NCBI RefSeq assembly: GCF_006345805.1
Contig: NC_042998.1
Coordinates: 128,960,001-129,024,000 of the forward strand
Source of the DNA: Octopus sinensis
Lineage: Eukaryota
Reading direction: 5' to 3'
DNA length: 64,000 nt
Below the pieces are notes generated by a model. The model saw nothing but the letters and a program-made list of their open reading frames with translations. It had not been told where the DNA came from and did not search any database. Below, piece by piece: positions 11,801-25,470 of this stretch (position 1 is its first letter; every line of letters begins with the position of its first letter). Made by a program: the position numbers and the translations under genes.

Positions 11801-12940
11801 AGTTTACTAATGTGTTAGAATCTTGAATTCTCTTTCGTAAGATCGTGGGTTTGATTTCTAAATGTTGCATTTTATTTCACGTTACCGAGTACCAACCTAA
11901 TACTGATTCAGCCGTTTCTCTCTTTAACCATTATATCCTCAATGTTCCGTTGGGTCAAGAATGAAGGAATCGTGACGGTGTCTTTGTCTGCTCGCGACTA
12001 CACAGGCACTCAAAACGAAATTATGGTACAGTTCATGCTATCAAGTCATACACGCTTGTGGTTGCCGGTTATGATTTCACAGAGTAATATTTTAATCCAG
12101 TTAACCATTTTTGATTCTATGTTGGATGAAAGCCCCAGCATACCATTGCTGGTTTATATGTGCAACTTCTAGGTTTATATGTCCACATTGACCAATCACA
12201 TGTTGGATGGGTTGCTTCGAGGTCGAGTGATTAGTCTTAGGCATCAGTATCTTAGCGGAATTTGAATTCAGAATCCAAAGAACTGGAAAAAAATACTGCA
12301 AGGCACCTTGCCTGACATTCTGCTAATTGAACCAATCTCCACCACTGGGATATTTAGTTATTTATCGACACTGAAAAGTATGTAAGACAAAGTTAGCCCC
12401 GTTAGGGTTTGAACTCCAGTCTATTCCACCAGGACCGACCGGGTTCTAAACAACATGAACAACAACACTAGCGACAACATAAAGGCGAAACTCAGTCGAG
12501 CCACTGTTGTTGTTATATCTACCTTGATTGAGCGGACCAGTTATCAGAGATGTTCAAATTGACAATCTCCCTTTCTTTAATTTATAATTTATCCAAGATA
12601 TGTTATGTCTCCATTTTTTTAAAATTTGGCTGTTATTTCTGACAAGTCGAGCAACTGTGCTGCTGTTACTTCGTTAGCTCTTCATAGAAAAGCCTTTTTG
12701 TTGACGTTGTTTAGAACCAGCTCAACTCTGACCGAACAGGCATATGATCGAAGGCATTCCAGAATTGATTATCTCGTCTTTTTCATATGTAAAGGGAAAC
12801 TAGGAACATATTATTATCCAGTAATAATTGTTAGTAAGGACACAGAATTTCGCTTTGCAACCATAATATACTAAAGGTATATTAAAGGTCTACAAGTCGA
12901 TGTTGCACCTAACTTTTGTGTCAGTGGTGCGATGTTTTCA

Positions 12941-13194
12941 TTTTTAAGTTTAGCGCTACATATTTTCTGAAGAATTCCGAGTCAGCACTGAAAATTACGA
13001 CGTTTCGTACACGAATACGTTTATGTAAACTACGTGATCGAAAAAAGAAGAAAAAAAATCATGCATTCATACCAATTACCTATATCTTCTACTTTCAATC
13101 ACATTGTTTGTATAGGCTTTTCGTATACGAAAAGTCGTAGCTTTCAGTGCTGGCTCTGAATTCTATAGAAAATTTCTGCAGATAAACTTAAAAA
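12941..13194. mobile_element. Foldback/MITE-like element with ~100-bp imperfect TIRs
   Basis: TTTTAAGTTT...GAATTCCGAGTCAGCACTGAAA.TTACGAC mirrors GTCGTAGCTTTCAGTGCTGGCTCTGAATTC...AAACTTAAAAA. Confidence 0.65.
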
Positions 13195-13589
13195 CGTTAT
13201 CCAATTTCCATTATTACTTGAAGGAGATTTGGCTGCTATTTCTATCAAGTCTCCTGACAACGCAGAGACTTCCTAATCAGCTCGTTATAGAACAGTTTGT
13301 AGAATGTGGAAGTAAGTCTAATGACTAAGTATGTCGAAAGAAAACAACTGAATATTTAATCTTTATATGGTTTACCTATTTCTAGAAGACGCTGCAGAAT
13401 TGTAGTATTGCGGCATAATAGCTATGTTATATTGTTTTGTTTCAATTCCTTTTCATGATATATATTGCAATGTAGTATTGCAATATAGTTTGTTGTTGTT
13501 GTTGTTGTTTAGCTCCAGGTCAGACATGCTTGAACAGAATTAAGATCAAAAGCGATGAAGTAATATAGATTTGTAATGTAGTACATTGT

Positions 13590-14030
13590 AATTGCTTGCC
13601 GTCATCTCCCAACGGACTCGTAGAGGCGCCGTCATGATAAATTGTCGTGACTGCGAGCTAGAGCTCGGGTCTTCGTTAATGATTTGCTTGTCCATTCTTT
13701 GATGCTGTCCGCCTACCTTTTCCCCGTCTTCGCTTCTTCGCCCATCCTTCCACACTTCCTTGAAGAATGGGTTTTGCAAGACCACTGAATTTTGATTCAA
13801 GGACACCTCATTTTTATTCTATTTTCACAGTTGTAAGAACCATCCAGCATCGCCTGGAACAATGTAATGCTGGATGGTTTCACAGACCTGTTATCCAAAT
13901 ACGATGCACCTAAAATTTCTAGTGCCTGCATTTTTCTCTGTATCTCTATAGTGAGAGTTCATGTCTCACATGCATACAAGAAGACGGACAGCCACCGATG
14001 CACACAGAAGACAGATCTTGCTTTTTTATG
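13590..14030 (-). mobile_element. RTE-clade LINE, C-terminal RT fragment (decayed)
   Basis: Minus-strand peptide remnants LYACET*TLTIEIQRKMQALE and SGLAKPILQGSVEG.A.KRRRGKR*ADSIKEWT. Confidence 0.75.
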
Positions 14031-14559
14031 GTGATATGGTATGGTTTTCATTTCTTCATATTGGCTTGAGTTAAGTTAGTAGTAATAGTATCTATGATGG
14101 TGATGCTGGTGCATTTCTCTTTTGGCTTGCTGGTGTTGTAGTCTGTAGTGGTGGTAGTAGTTTGTCGTGGTAGTGATGGCAGTAGATATGGCGGTGGTGA
14201 ATTGACATTGTCTATGCGTTTCTTGCAAGGATTTCTGTCCTGGATCTTTTATCATTGAAATGTTGGAACATAGGAAGATTGTGGAAGGTGAGAGTACAGA
14301 TATCCGAACAGATAGTGTACTGGAAACTATTGGTAGGTAATCGATCGGTTGTTATATTTCATCGATACTGCACTGTGTCTATGGAAACAACTCATTCATA
14401 CATGGACCACTGCGTTGAAATGTAAATAGGCATCATAATATAATGACTACTCGTAATTCTAATCAGCAACAATCTGGTAAAATGAACAAGTGTTGTTTGC
14501 CCTAAAACCAGAAGAAGGACAAGCACCGTTAATCCGACTTTTCATGTATGTTGAAACAT

Positions 14560-14757
14560 TCTTGGCTTTAAGGGTATTGCGAAAGGCTTGGCAAGAGGCC
14601 CAACCTTCCGAGTTCTTTTATAGGGCTTAGAAAAACTGAAGGACCGCTGCAATAAGTGCGTGAATCTGAGAGGGGTATATGTTGAATAAAATCATAATTA
14701 ACTGATCCTTCTGTATGTCCTTTTACACAAAGCCAGAAACTTTTCAGCATCCCCTCG
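14560..14757 (+). mobile_element. mariner 3'-terminal fragment
   Basis: Encodes GLEKLKDRCNKCVNLRGVYVE*. Ends in the TIR ...TTTTCAGCATCCCCTCG|TA. Confidence 0.8.
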
Positions 14758-14809
14758 TACGTATAATACACGAAAATGACATTTTGAGTGGCGGCAACAT
14801 AACCACCCA

Positions 14810-15200
14810 GGCCTATAATTCTTTTCTACTCTAGGCACAAAGCATGAAATTTTTGGGGAGGGGGGCCGTCGATCAGACCGACCCCAGTATGCAACTGATA
14901 CTTAATTTATTGACCCCGAAAGGATGAAAGGCAAAGTCGACCTCAGCGGAATTTGAACTCAGAACATAAAGACAGATAAAATACCTATTTCTTTACTACC
15001 CACAAGGGGCTTAACACAGAGAGAACAAACAAGGACAAACAAACGGATTGAGTCGATTATATCGACCTCAGTGCGTAACTGGTACTTAATTTATCGAGGC
15101 AAAGTCGACCTCGGCGGAATTTGAACTCAGAACGTAACGGCAGACGAAATACGGCTCCGCATTTCGCCCGGCGTGCTAACGTTTCTGCCAGCTCGCCGCC
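14810..15200 (-). mobile_element. Two adjacent partial family A SINEs
   Basis: The AGGCAAAGTCGACCTC.GCGGAATTTGAACTCAGAAC motif occurs twice (~14925 and ~15095). Confidence 0.8.
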
Positions 15201-15789
15201 TTACTCAAGTCTGGAAGAGGCGAAGAGTAGTGTGGTACTTGAAGGGGCTCTATTAATTTTTATGTTTCAGGGTGGTGCAGTGGCAGAATCGTCACAGAAT
15301 CAGATAACCTATCTTTTATTTTTTACTTTTTTTTTTGATATTTAGTTACGGCCATTTCCATTCTGAGTTCAAATTCCACCTAAGTTAGCTTTTGTATTTC
15401 ATTCTTCCGAGGATGGATCAATAAGATAAAGTACTAATCAAGTACTGGAATCAGTGTAATCGGCTGTACTCTCCTCCAAAATGTCTGTTTGCGTGCTAAT
15501 GTTAAAACAAAATCAATAGTTCTGTTTCGACATGATGTTAGTTGATTCTTTAATTCGGCGACTTACCCCGTATTAATTATTAAAATTCCTAGAATATCGC
15601 TGTGAAATTTGATTGAGCTGTCTGGCTACCCTCTCTCACTGTGTTTTCTTCGTATGTTTACCTTATTAACACGTAAGGCCTTGATGATTGAAGTAAATAA
15701 AGAAAGAATCTCCGTGTGGAATTTATTTACTTTATAGACAGACAAATGATACAAGTGAATCCATAAACCTAGTCTTTGGAAACGCGACG

Positions 15790-16528
15790 TCACCACTACC
15801 ACTACCACTACCACCACTGCCTCCTCTAGCTTCATCACCATCCCTTACTACTACTACTACTACTACTAAAAACCACTGCCACCACCACACCACCACCACC
15901 ATTAATGCTATTACTATCATGACCACAATTCCTACTAATACTTCTACTACCAACACCGCTACCACCACTAATACTATTACCCCCACTACCACAATCACCA
16001 CCATCATCACCACCATCTCCTTTCTCCTTCTTCTTGTCCTCCACATTCTTGTGCTCCTCCTGCTACTGCTACTACTACTACTACTACTACATTTCACTGG
16101 GAGGGAGGTGAGTGTATCATCTTAAAAACAAAGAACTTTTCGAAGTTGATAGGACCTCTTCTAAGTGGTCATCCGTTGTACTAGAAACAAAAGTCAAAGC
16201 TATCTCGTATCACACTCAATGTCTTAAATCTAGAAGGACAGACTGGATAATGTTAGGACTTGATATTATGTCTGAAAAAAGAGAAACGGTGGCGGTGGGT
16301 GGGGGGGGGAGCCAAAGGCAACAAAAAAAAAAACAAGCAAACAATAAAAAACTGAAGTCGTCGGAATGGTTATGGGTAGAATGTCTTTGATCATAGATCT
16401 GTTTGATGAAGACTGACATGGGGTTATGAAACGCAACATCCAACTGTTATGGCAATGATAACGGAATCACTGCTACATCGCCGCCGCCGCCGCCGCCACC
16501 ACCGCCGCCACCGCCGCCGCCACCGCCG

Positions 16529-16577
<49 letters not shown>

Positions 16578-17480
16578 CAAATCCGCCGCCGCCGCCGCCG
16601 TCACCACCACCAACACCACCACACCACCACCACCACCACCACAACAACAACAACAACAATACCAGTAACAACAATACTAACAAAAATATTCAGAGAATAA
16701 TTAGTACCACCACCACTACCAGCACTACCACCACAAATACCATCACCATTACCACCACCAAAACCACTACCACCACCACTACCATCACCACCACCACTAC
16801 GACTAACACCACCATTGGCAACAATATTAGCAACAACACAACTCCTGCTACAACCACTGCTAGCATCACAATCACCGCCATCACCATCACTAATAACAAG
16901 ACTACAGTGAGGATATAACTCCCCCACTACCATCAACACCACTCCCCAACATCCCCACCGCCAACACCAACACGACGATGACGACGACGACGACGACGCC
17001 CACCACCACCACCACCATCATCACCAATAATAACAGTAACAACATTAACAACAACAACATTAGCAATACAATCACTAACACCACTATATTACCACTATTA
17101 ACATCACAGACCCCCCCCCCAAAAAAAAAAAGACAAAAAATAGAAAAACACAACAACGTATATAACGGCAAATAATATCCCCGGACATAGCCATATCCTC
17201 CAGCGCCACCTTCAATCCCTGCCGACACGACGACTACGACCCGCCACCACCATCCCCGGCACCACGACTACAATGACCATCATCAGATCCACCATCGTCA
17301 TATCTACCACCACCACCACACCACCACCACCACTGCGAACTTCATCGTTACCACCACCAATAACAGCAAGCTAAAAAGAAAGCCCCACTAACATCACACA
17401 ACCACCATTACAACAACAACAACAACTACTACTACTACTACTACTAGCCCCACCACCACCACCACCACTACCGCCACCGT
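15790..17480. repeat. Compound trinucleotide field, including a long (CCG/CCA)n run at ~16480-16600
   Basis: Seen directly. It explains the poly-G/R/V/T ORFs. Confidence 0.95.
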
Positions 17481-17827
17481 CACTACCATTCTCGCCCTCC
17501 TAACCCCTCCCTCACACATCAAAAAGAGGCAACAAATATAAATAATTAGCATAGTCTACAATTAAAAATGGATCCCCCATCCCTCACCCTAAAATCCTTC
17601 CACATTCTCCCACACACATACAAAAAAGATCACAACCAAAATATTTTTAATAAAAATATAAAAATATAAAAATAACAACAAAGTCAAGAGAACATACAGT
17701 TTATTCTATCGATTCCACATGAAAAGAGAGATATTGCTTGCTTGATATCGATAATCCGATCTTAGAATATCGATTACAACAATATTCATTCAATTTTCAT
17801 AACCTTGTTAGTTGCGGCTTCTCTTTC

Positions 17828-17886
<59 letters not shown>

Positions 17887-18794
17887 TTTCTCTATCGCTT
17901 TTTTGTTTCTCCCTCTCTCTTCTCCCTCTTTCTCTCTATTTTTTTTTCTGAGACGGTTGTTTCATATCTTTCCAGTTGCTTCTTCATATGTTGTCTTGGC
18001 AAAATCAAAATCAGTGAGTTTTCTATATTCTGTGATTCTATCGTCCTTGGCATTCACCAAAGATTCAGAGATAGCTTTGGTGATAAGGAAAAAAAAAAAT
18101 CTTGCGCAGAGAATCTAATAAAGACTTGTAAAGACTAATGAATGTTCAACGACTAAAGACTAAGGAATACTGATCGTTCTTGACAAAATTATTACGCATT
18201 ATCTCAACTTATAATATTAACTACTACGTTGTTGGTGTTATATAATTCCTAATTTATCTTGACTGAATACATCTATGAACAAAAGTTTTCCATTTGTGCC
18301 CACCCAGTCCTAATTTTGTTTATATAGTTATATCTTTCTTATTGACGTACAAAACATATTAGATTTTTAACTATAGTGTATGTACGCCTTGTATTTAACG
18401 ACAATTTCTTCGTGGACAGAAAGAGAAATAGGCATGATGCAGTTCCAATAGCGTGTTGAGATTTCCTCAGAAACTGAGTTTAGACAGGTGTAAACTGTGT
18501 TTCTACATTTGTCTATACATACGGTATTGATTAAAAGCCTATAGATATATTCTCTAGTACAATTTCGCATTGAAACAAAGCATTGTTAATGCATCAATAA
18601 TTTATAAACCGAACTCACTCCGTGAGTGTGTTGTATATGCAGACTGTTTAAAGTACTTCAGCTGTTAAAAACAGTGGGTTTACAAGCAGTGTCTCCGTGG
18701 GTGGATAAAGAAAATAGTTTTTGCAGTGAAATTCCAAGGCTAGTAACTAGTTCAGTTGACCCCTTCTATTGGTATATAAAAATATTGGTATATA

Positions 18795-19465
18795 CGAGGT
18801 GGTATGAAAAGATTCCCTGACTAGTTATGTTTAATAAAAAATAAGCTAAGTTTTAATATCATCTCCTTCGAAATAGTCACCTTGCGCAGCAACACATCGG
18901 TCTCAGCGTTCCTGCCACTCTTGGAATCTTGCCTGGAATTTGTTTCCCGTAAACGAGTTGAGGACCTTCAGCGATTCGCTCTGGATCTCGACGGCGATGT
19001 TAAAACGGCAACCTTTGAGCTGCATTTTCCTTTTGAGGAAGAGATGGAAATCCACAGGTGTTAAATCTGGCGAATAGGGCGGATGTGGAAGCGATAACAT
19101 GTTTTTGGCGAGAAATTTGCGAGTGATGAGAGCTCGGTAACAGAGTGCATCGCGGTCCTGAAGAATCCAATTCTTTGCACTCCACAGATCCGGTTGCTTT
19201 CGTTGAATGTTCTCTCTTACACGCTTCAAAACGTCGCAGTTGAACTCTCGGTTGACGGTCTGGCTTTGGGGAATGAATTCTCGATGCTCAATACCGCAGA
19301 TATCGAAAGACGATGAGCATGCTCTTGAATGAGCTACACCTCTGTTGTGCCTTCTTCAGTGGTGGGGATGAAGGCCTATTCCATTGTGACGATTGCTGCT
19401 TCGTCTCAGGGTCGTACTCTTAGACTCAAATCTCGTCACTGATGGTGATTCTTGACATGAAGGAT
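18795..19465 (-). mobile_element. mariner (DD34D-type) transposase pseudogene, 5'-truncated
   Basis: TA|CGAGGTGGTATGAAAAG terminus. Remnants ISDEI*V*EYDPETKQQSSQW, WILQDRDA and LPHPPYSPDLTPVDF, ending DRCVAAQGDYFEG. Confidence 0.9.
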
Positions 19466-19469
19466 GGAT

Positions 19470-19835
19470 CACCAGCAGCATGTCGAAAGACACCCATTGT
19501 TAATGTCCTGTTATTTGTATTTGTGCAACATTCTCCGTTTTTTTCCCTCCGTGTTTTCCTATACATTCGCTGCTTTCTTCCAAGGAATCGAATGCTCTTA
19601 GCTTAGTTTTTCCTTGGGGCTAGCCAGATTGGAGCAATCTCGAGTATAACCAGCCGAAATAGCAAAGATAATTTGTAACTCGACTGAGGAAAGAAAACTC
19701 TGAATGACCCGCCGTTGTTTTCTTTGTATCGTCTATCTGGATGTTTTGTTGTCCCTCTTTAGTATCACCTAACTGCCTGGATGTTTGGCATTCATGTCCC
19801 GTTTTGTATTTTATGTGGGTGTGTTTATGCTCCCG
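19470..19835 (+). repeat. Dispersed non-coding repeat, possibly a Penelope-like terminal repeat; homologous to 21420-21960 (-)
   Basis: Shares ATACATTCG..GCTTTCTTCCA.GG.ATC.AATGC.CTT.GCTTAG and GGAGCAATCTCG.G...AA.CAGCCGAAAT with the other copy. Confidence 0.55.
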
Positions 19836-19977
19836 TAACTTAGAGGCTCGGCAAAGAGACCGATAGAATAAGTATTGGGCTTATAAAGAATAGCTCCTGG
19901 AGTTGATATGTTCGTCTAAAGGCGGTGCTCCAGCATGGTTGCAGCCAAATTACTGAAATAAGTAAAAGAATAAAAGA

Positions 19978-19980
<3 letters not shown>
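19835..19980 (+). mobile_element. SINE 3' module (family C)
   Basis: CGGCAAAGAGACCGATAGAATAAGT...GGCGGTGCTCCAGCATGG...AAGTAAAAGAATAAAAGAA. Also present at 41215-41410 (-), 51238-51400 (-) and 60425-60630 (+). Confidence 0.75.
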
Positions 19981-20010
<30 letters not shown>

Positions 20011-20849
20011 CATACACACACACACACATACGTCCTGCAGAGTTTCTATGATCCGAGTAGAAAATATCTACCAACAGTGCCATCATAGTGGGATCGAAAC
20101 CGGATCTGCGACGTTGTAAAACAATTCCATACTACACTATCAAGTGTTGGTGTAGAAAAAAATATGTGTAGATGCCTTTTTTTCCATGTGTATGTAGAGA
20201 AATTCTTCGATAAGGAATTGGGGTGGGGTTATCAGCTTCCGGTTTCTCAGTGTTTTCTAAGCCTTCTCATATCTTCTGAAATCAGAACATGTCTTTCTGC
20301 AGGCAGCCATATTGTTCTTGCTGCTGACCGTATTTCTTCTTTGTTTCTGAACTGTTTTATGTATGGTTGTTAATGGAATATCTAATTTTGTTTCTTCCAA
20401 ATTCCTTTTGGCGTTCTTGAAGCTACGAGCTTTATCGTGATATGAAAAGGCTGCTTCCTTTCTCGGAATGTGACAAATGTTTACTTTCTGTACTGGGAGT
20501 CATCAAACCTAATTTAGACAGAAACGTTTAGCTAACAAAACATGGAAAAGTACGAGAAAAAAATGTATGTATTTTTAACTTTAGACCTTAAAGAAAAAGG
20601 CGTTTTTTCACAGATCTTTAAAAAATTTCGTAGTGAAGTTACAAAATTCAATTAAAACATAAAAAAACCAATATCAATAAAAATAAGCAGTTTTTTCAAT
20701 CAAAATGAAAAGGAGAAAAGAAATCTAAGAGTTTACTTGGTCGTAGTAATCAAATGACAAGAAACCTTTGTTTTTACAGCAGCATTTTTGCTTATCCTTG
20801 TAATTTCTGCACCAGAAATGTTTTGTTCTGTAGTATGTATGCACCATAC

Positions 20850-20858
20850 ATGTGGTAC

Positions 20859-20954
<96 letters not shown>

Positions 20955-21056
20955 ATATATACATATATATATATACAATATATATATACATAATATATAT
21001 ATATACATATATATACATATATATATATATATAATATATATATACATATAATATAC

Positions 21057-21145
<89 letters not shown>

Positions 21146-21228
21146 TGTGTGTAAGTATGCATGTATGCAAGTATTTACGTATATATTTATATATGTCTAT
21201 GTGCTTGTAGTTCTGTCATTGCATGCAT

Positions 21229-21285
<57 letters not shown>

Positions 21286-21342
21286 TACATACATACATAC
21301 ATATATACATACATACATACATACATACATACACACATACAC

Positions 21343-21383
<41 letters not shown>

Positions 21384-21420
21384 TACATACATACACACAC
21401 ACGTATATATATATATATAT
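20850..21420. repeat. (TA)n/(TACA)n microsatellite field
   Basis: Seen directly. Similar fields occur at ~34.0-35.3, 41.9-43.0, 44.7-46.0, 47.4-48.4, 53.8-55.7 and 59.8-60.4 kb. Confidence 0.95.
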
Positions 21421-21960
21421 ATAGGTAAACAGTAAAAATAATTACAGACATGGACAAGAACATGAAACACCACAGAGACGACACAAGAACCACAGGACGG
21501 GACATTCGAAGCCCTCAGTCATCAGTCAAGAACCAGATCATCTTAGCAATTTCGGCTGATTAATCCCGAGATTGCTCCGATATGGCCAGCCCGCCAAGGG
21601 AAATCTAAGCCAAGCGCATTAGATCCCCTGGAAGAAAGCTTCGAATGTATACAACACGAGGACGGAAAACGAACGAAGTACACGAACAAAAATACAGAAT
21701 ACGTGACACCAATAAGAATACAAAAACGTAAAAACAATAACGGTAAAAATAAAAAATAAACAACAAAACAAAACCAGGACGTAGGACAAGGGTCTTTCGA
21801 CAGGACGATGAGTATGGGGCTGGCTTGTGAGTTGTGCCTAATGGCCGCAGGGAGACGAACAAATACGTGTTGCTTCTGCGACTGCTGAAACGAAAAGAGC
21901 GCTCAACAGCGGCTAGCGGTCACGTGAGAACAAAAGACAGGAGAAGGGACAGATGAAAAG
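21420..21960 (-). repeat. Second copy of the 19470-19835 repeat family
   Basis: Reverse-complement homology over about 200 bp. Confidence 0.55.
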
Positions 21961-22204
21961 AGAGAGAAGGTGGACGAGGGAGGAGAAGAAAGAGACAGAT
22001 CGAGGGGGCTGGAGGTGAGAGAGATAGAGAAACGTAGAAGGGGGGGGGAAGACGGATGGAGAGGGAAAGAAAGGAAGGGGAATAAGGGAGGAGAGAGAGA
22101 GAGAGAGAGTGTGTGTGTGTGTGTATTGATTTATGTGCCTATATTAGCATGTCCACGTGTGTATCTACATCTACAATAGGTTAAACTTCGGGAATATTTG
22201 TTTA

Positions 22205-22425
22205 ACATAATTGATTTCAAAGTTTGGAACAAGGCCAGCAATTTTGTGGGAGAAGTTAAGTAGATTACATCGAACCCAGTAATTAACTGGTACTTATTTC
22301 ATCGAACACGAAAGGATGAAATGTAAATTCGACCTCGGCGGAATTTGAACTCAGAACGTAAAGGTGGACGAAATGCCGCTTAGCATTTTGCCCGACGTAC
22401 TTATGATTCTGCCATCTCGTCGCCT
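22205..22425 (-). mobile_element. tRNA-derived SINE (family A)
   Basis: Colinear with 6450-6660. Confidence 0.85.
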
Positions 22426-22604
22426 TCATATTTGTTTAACATATTACCACAATTTGTAGCTGTAATTTGTTAGACCTGTTCTTCATGGTTTTATGAAGCT
22501 TAACTTAAGGACTGTATTCCAGGTAGAAATCTAAAACTATGTTCCGAATATTGTAACTGCAGACTTTTTATTATTTCGGTATAATATTTTACTAATATTT
22601 AACA

Positions 22605-23060
22605 GGACCTGAGGAGAACCATCATGACAGGTCTTAAAAGAGACGTCCTCATCATACTAGGAAACTGGAACGCTAAAGTATGCTCGGATGCATATATGGT
22701 CAATGGATTGGGATGGTGGGACGATTCAGGATTGGAGCAACTAGTGATCGTGGACCGCGACTCATATGAATTTGTTAGTAAGATACTAACAAGTTCCCAA
22801 ACAAGACCTCGCCCAGAACAACACGGCATGAACTCAGAACTCATACCCAAATTGACTCTATCATCGTACCTCAAAGTTTAAGTTCAGCATCAGCAAGGCT
22901 AGGAATAGGACTTTTCCTGGTGCGGATGTCAGTAGCAATCATAATTTGATCCTGATGACAATGAGTCGCAAACAGAAAAGGATCTATAAGAGAAGAACCA
23001 CACGTAATAGGATTCATGCAGAAAAACTGAAAGGCCCCAAGGTTGCAGTAGTGTTTGAGT
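22605..23060 (+). mobile_element. RTE-clade LINE, APE endonuclease fragment (decayed)
   Basis: KRDVLIILGNWNAKV, THTQIDSIIVPQ and RTFPGADVSSNHNLILMTM match the APE motifs GDWNAKVG, QIDYI and SDH. Confidence 0.8.
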
Positions 23061-23509
23061 GCCCTTCGTTACTTAGAGATCAGATATAAACGAAAGGTTA
23101 TAACGTGAAATTCAAAGACTATTTGAATCGATATTAAGCCTCTTTGTTTTCATTGTTGCGACAGGCCTTCTATATTACAACTCATATAGAAATTTCTGAT
23201 GGCGGATAATAGTTTTCAGGTTTTTAACATTAATGGTCCGGGTTTCATCCAACATCTAATCAAGTACTTCAAATGTTTGTATGGGTATTGGGACGGTAAA
23301 CACATATATTCATTAGATGTAGAGAGTTCATAAAATTATATATCTTTTATCCAGGTGTTATTTTCCCTGGTTATACATTTCTTGTTACAAGTTCCATCAT
23401 GGGATATATTTTCTCACATCTCTAAGTACCATTAGTATCCCTCAACAGATATAGCCAGGAAAAATAACCAAGCCGCTAGTAGAGATATTTCATGATATTA
23501 ATAATGGCG

Positions 23510-23740
23510 TTAAAGGCAGGAGCTGGCAGAATCGTTAAATCTTCGAAAAATTATAAATTCCTGGTGATATTTTTTTCCAACTCTTTACGTTCTGAGTTCA
23601 AATGACGCCGAGGTCAAATTTGCCTTTCATCTCTACGGGGTCAATAAAATAAAATACCAACTAAATTAGTGCTGAGGTTAATGACATCGACTAATACTCT
23701 CATTTCAAATTTACTGGCCTTGTGTCAGAACCAGAAATAA
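23510..23740 (+). mobile_element. tRNA-derived SINE (family A)
   Basis: GGCAGGAGCTGGCAGAATCG...TTCTGAGTTCAAAT...TTTGCCTTTCATC. Confidence 0.8.
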
Positions 23741-23779
23741 TTATTTTTTAAAAATTCAAACAATTATTTATTTGAATGA

Positions 23780-25470
23780 AGATAAAAGAATTCAATTTTC
23801 ATGCGGCAATATGGCCTTTGTATGCAGTGCTTATTTTATTGATTGTGGTTTTTATTTGAAGTTATTAAAGCAGTTTTTTGTTTTTGATTTTTTCGTTGGC
23901 TGTAAAACTATCAGCATCATTCCTATCACTTCTTGCTTCTTCTTATACCGTCGACCGTTTTATGAAATCCGATTTCTGGCTGCTTACATTGTTTTTCAAA
24001 TCAGTAAAAAGATTTATGTCGCTATACAATGCCTCTCTTTTTGCTACTTGAAATTTCACACTACCTTCCCTATTAAAATCGTTATTAATGATACGAGATT
24101 CCAGAGTTCTTGCCATTTGTAGCCCTTCTTTTACAATTCCAGTAGTAATCAGTGACTATAGTTCATTAACATCAATCTTGCTTTCGCTGCTTGGAATCAT
24201 GGTGAACACTTCAAATAAATCTTCTTCCTTCATTTCATGCTACATTGTTCCACAGTTTCATACGATAACTAATTCATCCAATCCCTCAACTATTTTTGAA
24301 TTTTAAATATTCTTACAATCAGAATTATTCTAAACAAAATGCACTTAAAATGTCAATTTAAGGTGTTTTAATTTTCCGAATTGCTGCTGTAATTATTTCC
24401 ATAGAGTGTAGAATATTAATTTTCTGAAATACTAAACTTGTTTTGTTCCATATCATTGTGCAATATAATTTACCTCAACATTACAAATCAAGTCTTTATT
24501 TAACGTATCTTAAACGTTAGGATATTCAAATTGCAGAGACGTGATGGGGCGTTATAGATTAACAATAAAAAATTTAAGATCATATTTTGTTTTCTACAAA
24601 TTTCAACTCAGAAAAGAGAATTGGTAATACCTCTTTTAAATATTGCAGCAGTAATCCATGATCGCTTTATTTGCGTGTCAGTGAAATGGGAGAGTGTTTT
24701 TAGTAAATCCTCTTAGTGTATGTGGATTAAGAACCCTAATACTCTCTAATGATTTCATGAAACATTCATTACAACATAATAATGTGATTCGGTTTGTAGA
24801 GGTTTTCAACCCACTATTTCCTCCATTCCTGGAAAAAAGTTCTGATTGGTATTCTCATCGAGAACAGACCGGTTTCATCAACTTTACAAACTCGTTTAAA
24901 ATATATATTCGATTAATTTAGTTAATTGTAGCACAAATGTTTTAGCAGTTTACTTGTCGTTTGATCCACTTTTTCCAGACTCTATGATATTATATAAGAA
25001 GCTTCGATTTAAAAGTTTTCTAACCACTCGTAACTGCCTGAAGATCCATACCGTAGTTCATTAGGTGTTTGATTTATAATGTTGATTTGAAGAAAATTTC
25101 TTACAGCTTTTTGTTACAAAATAAAGCTGTCTATAGGAAATCCTTTTGGAATTTTATCATTTATCCAGAATTGTATAATTTTTCCATTGCTTCTGTAATA
25201 TTTCGAGATATATACGATGTGTGTTTAGAATTTATTGAAGAGCCTATAATTATTCAGTTTCCAATATTTTTTCATCGTCTCTTTAAATTGGTTTAACATT
25301 TATTTCATTAATATTAACTTCATTAATAATAATTTCATTAATATTAACTTCGTAGTTTCTATCGAACCCTTTCCATTTTGAAATTAATTTAGTATTTTAA
25401 TTTTAATTTCTAGAAAGATCTACTGTTTTGATCCTTTCTGGTTTGATATTCGAGATTCATTTTCGAAACT
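23780..25470 (-). pseudogene. Tigger/pogo-family transposase relic
   Basis: Minus-strand remnants include HTH-like LEIKIKILN*FQNG, VDETGLF.MRIPIRTF, NRITLLCCN and RSWITAAIF, with C-terminal EGLQMARTLE..INNDFNREGSVKF. Many stops. TIRs not found. Confidence 0.7.

Noticed and set aside
20160-20480. ~70-codon open frame on the minus strand (VNICHIPRKEAAFSYHDKARSF...)
   Set aside because: No start, splice signals or recognisable motif. Probably an unidentified TE relic.
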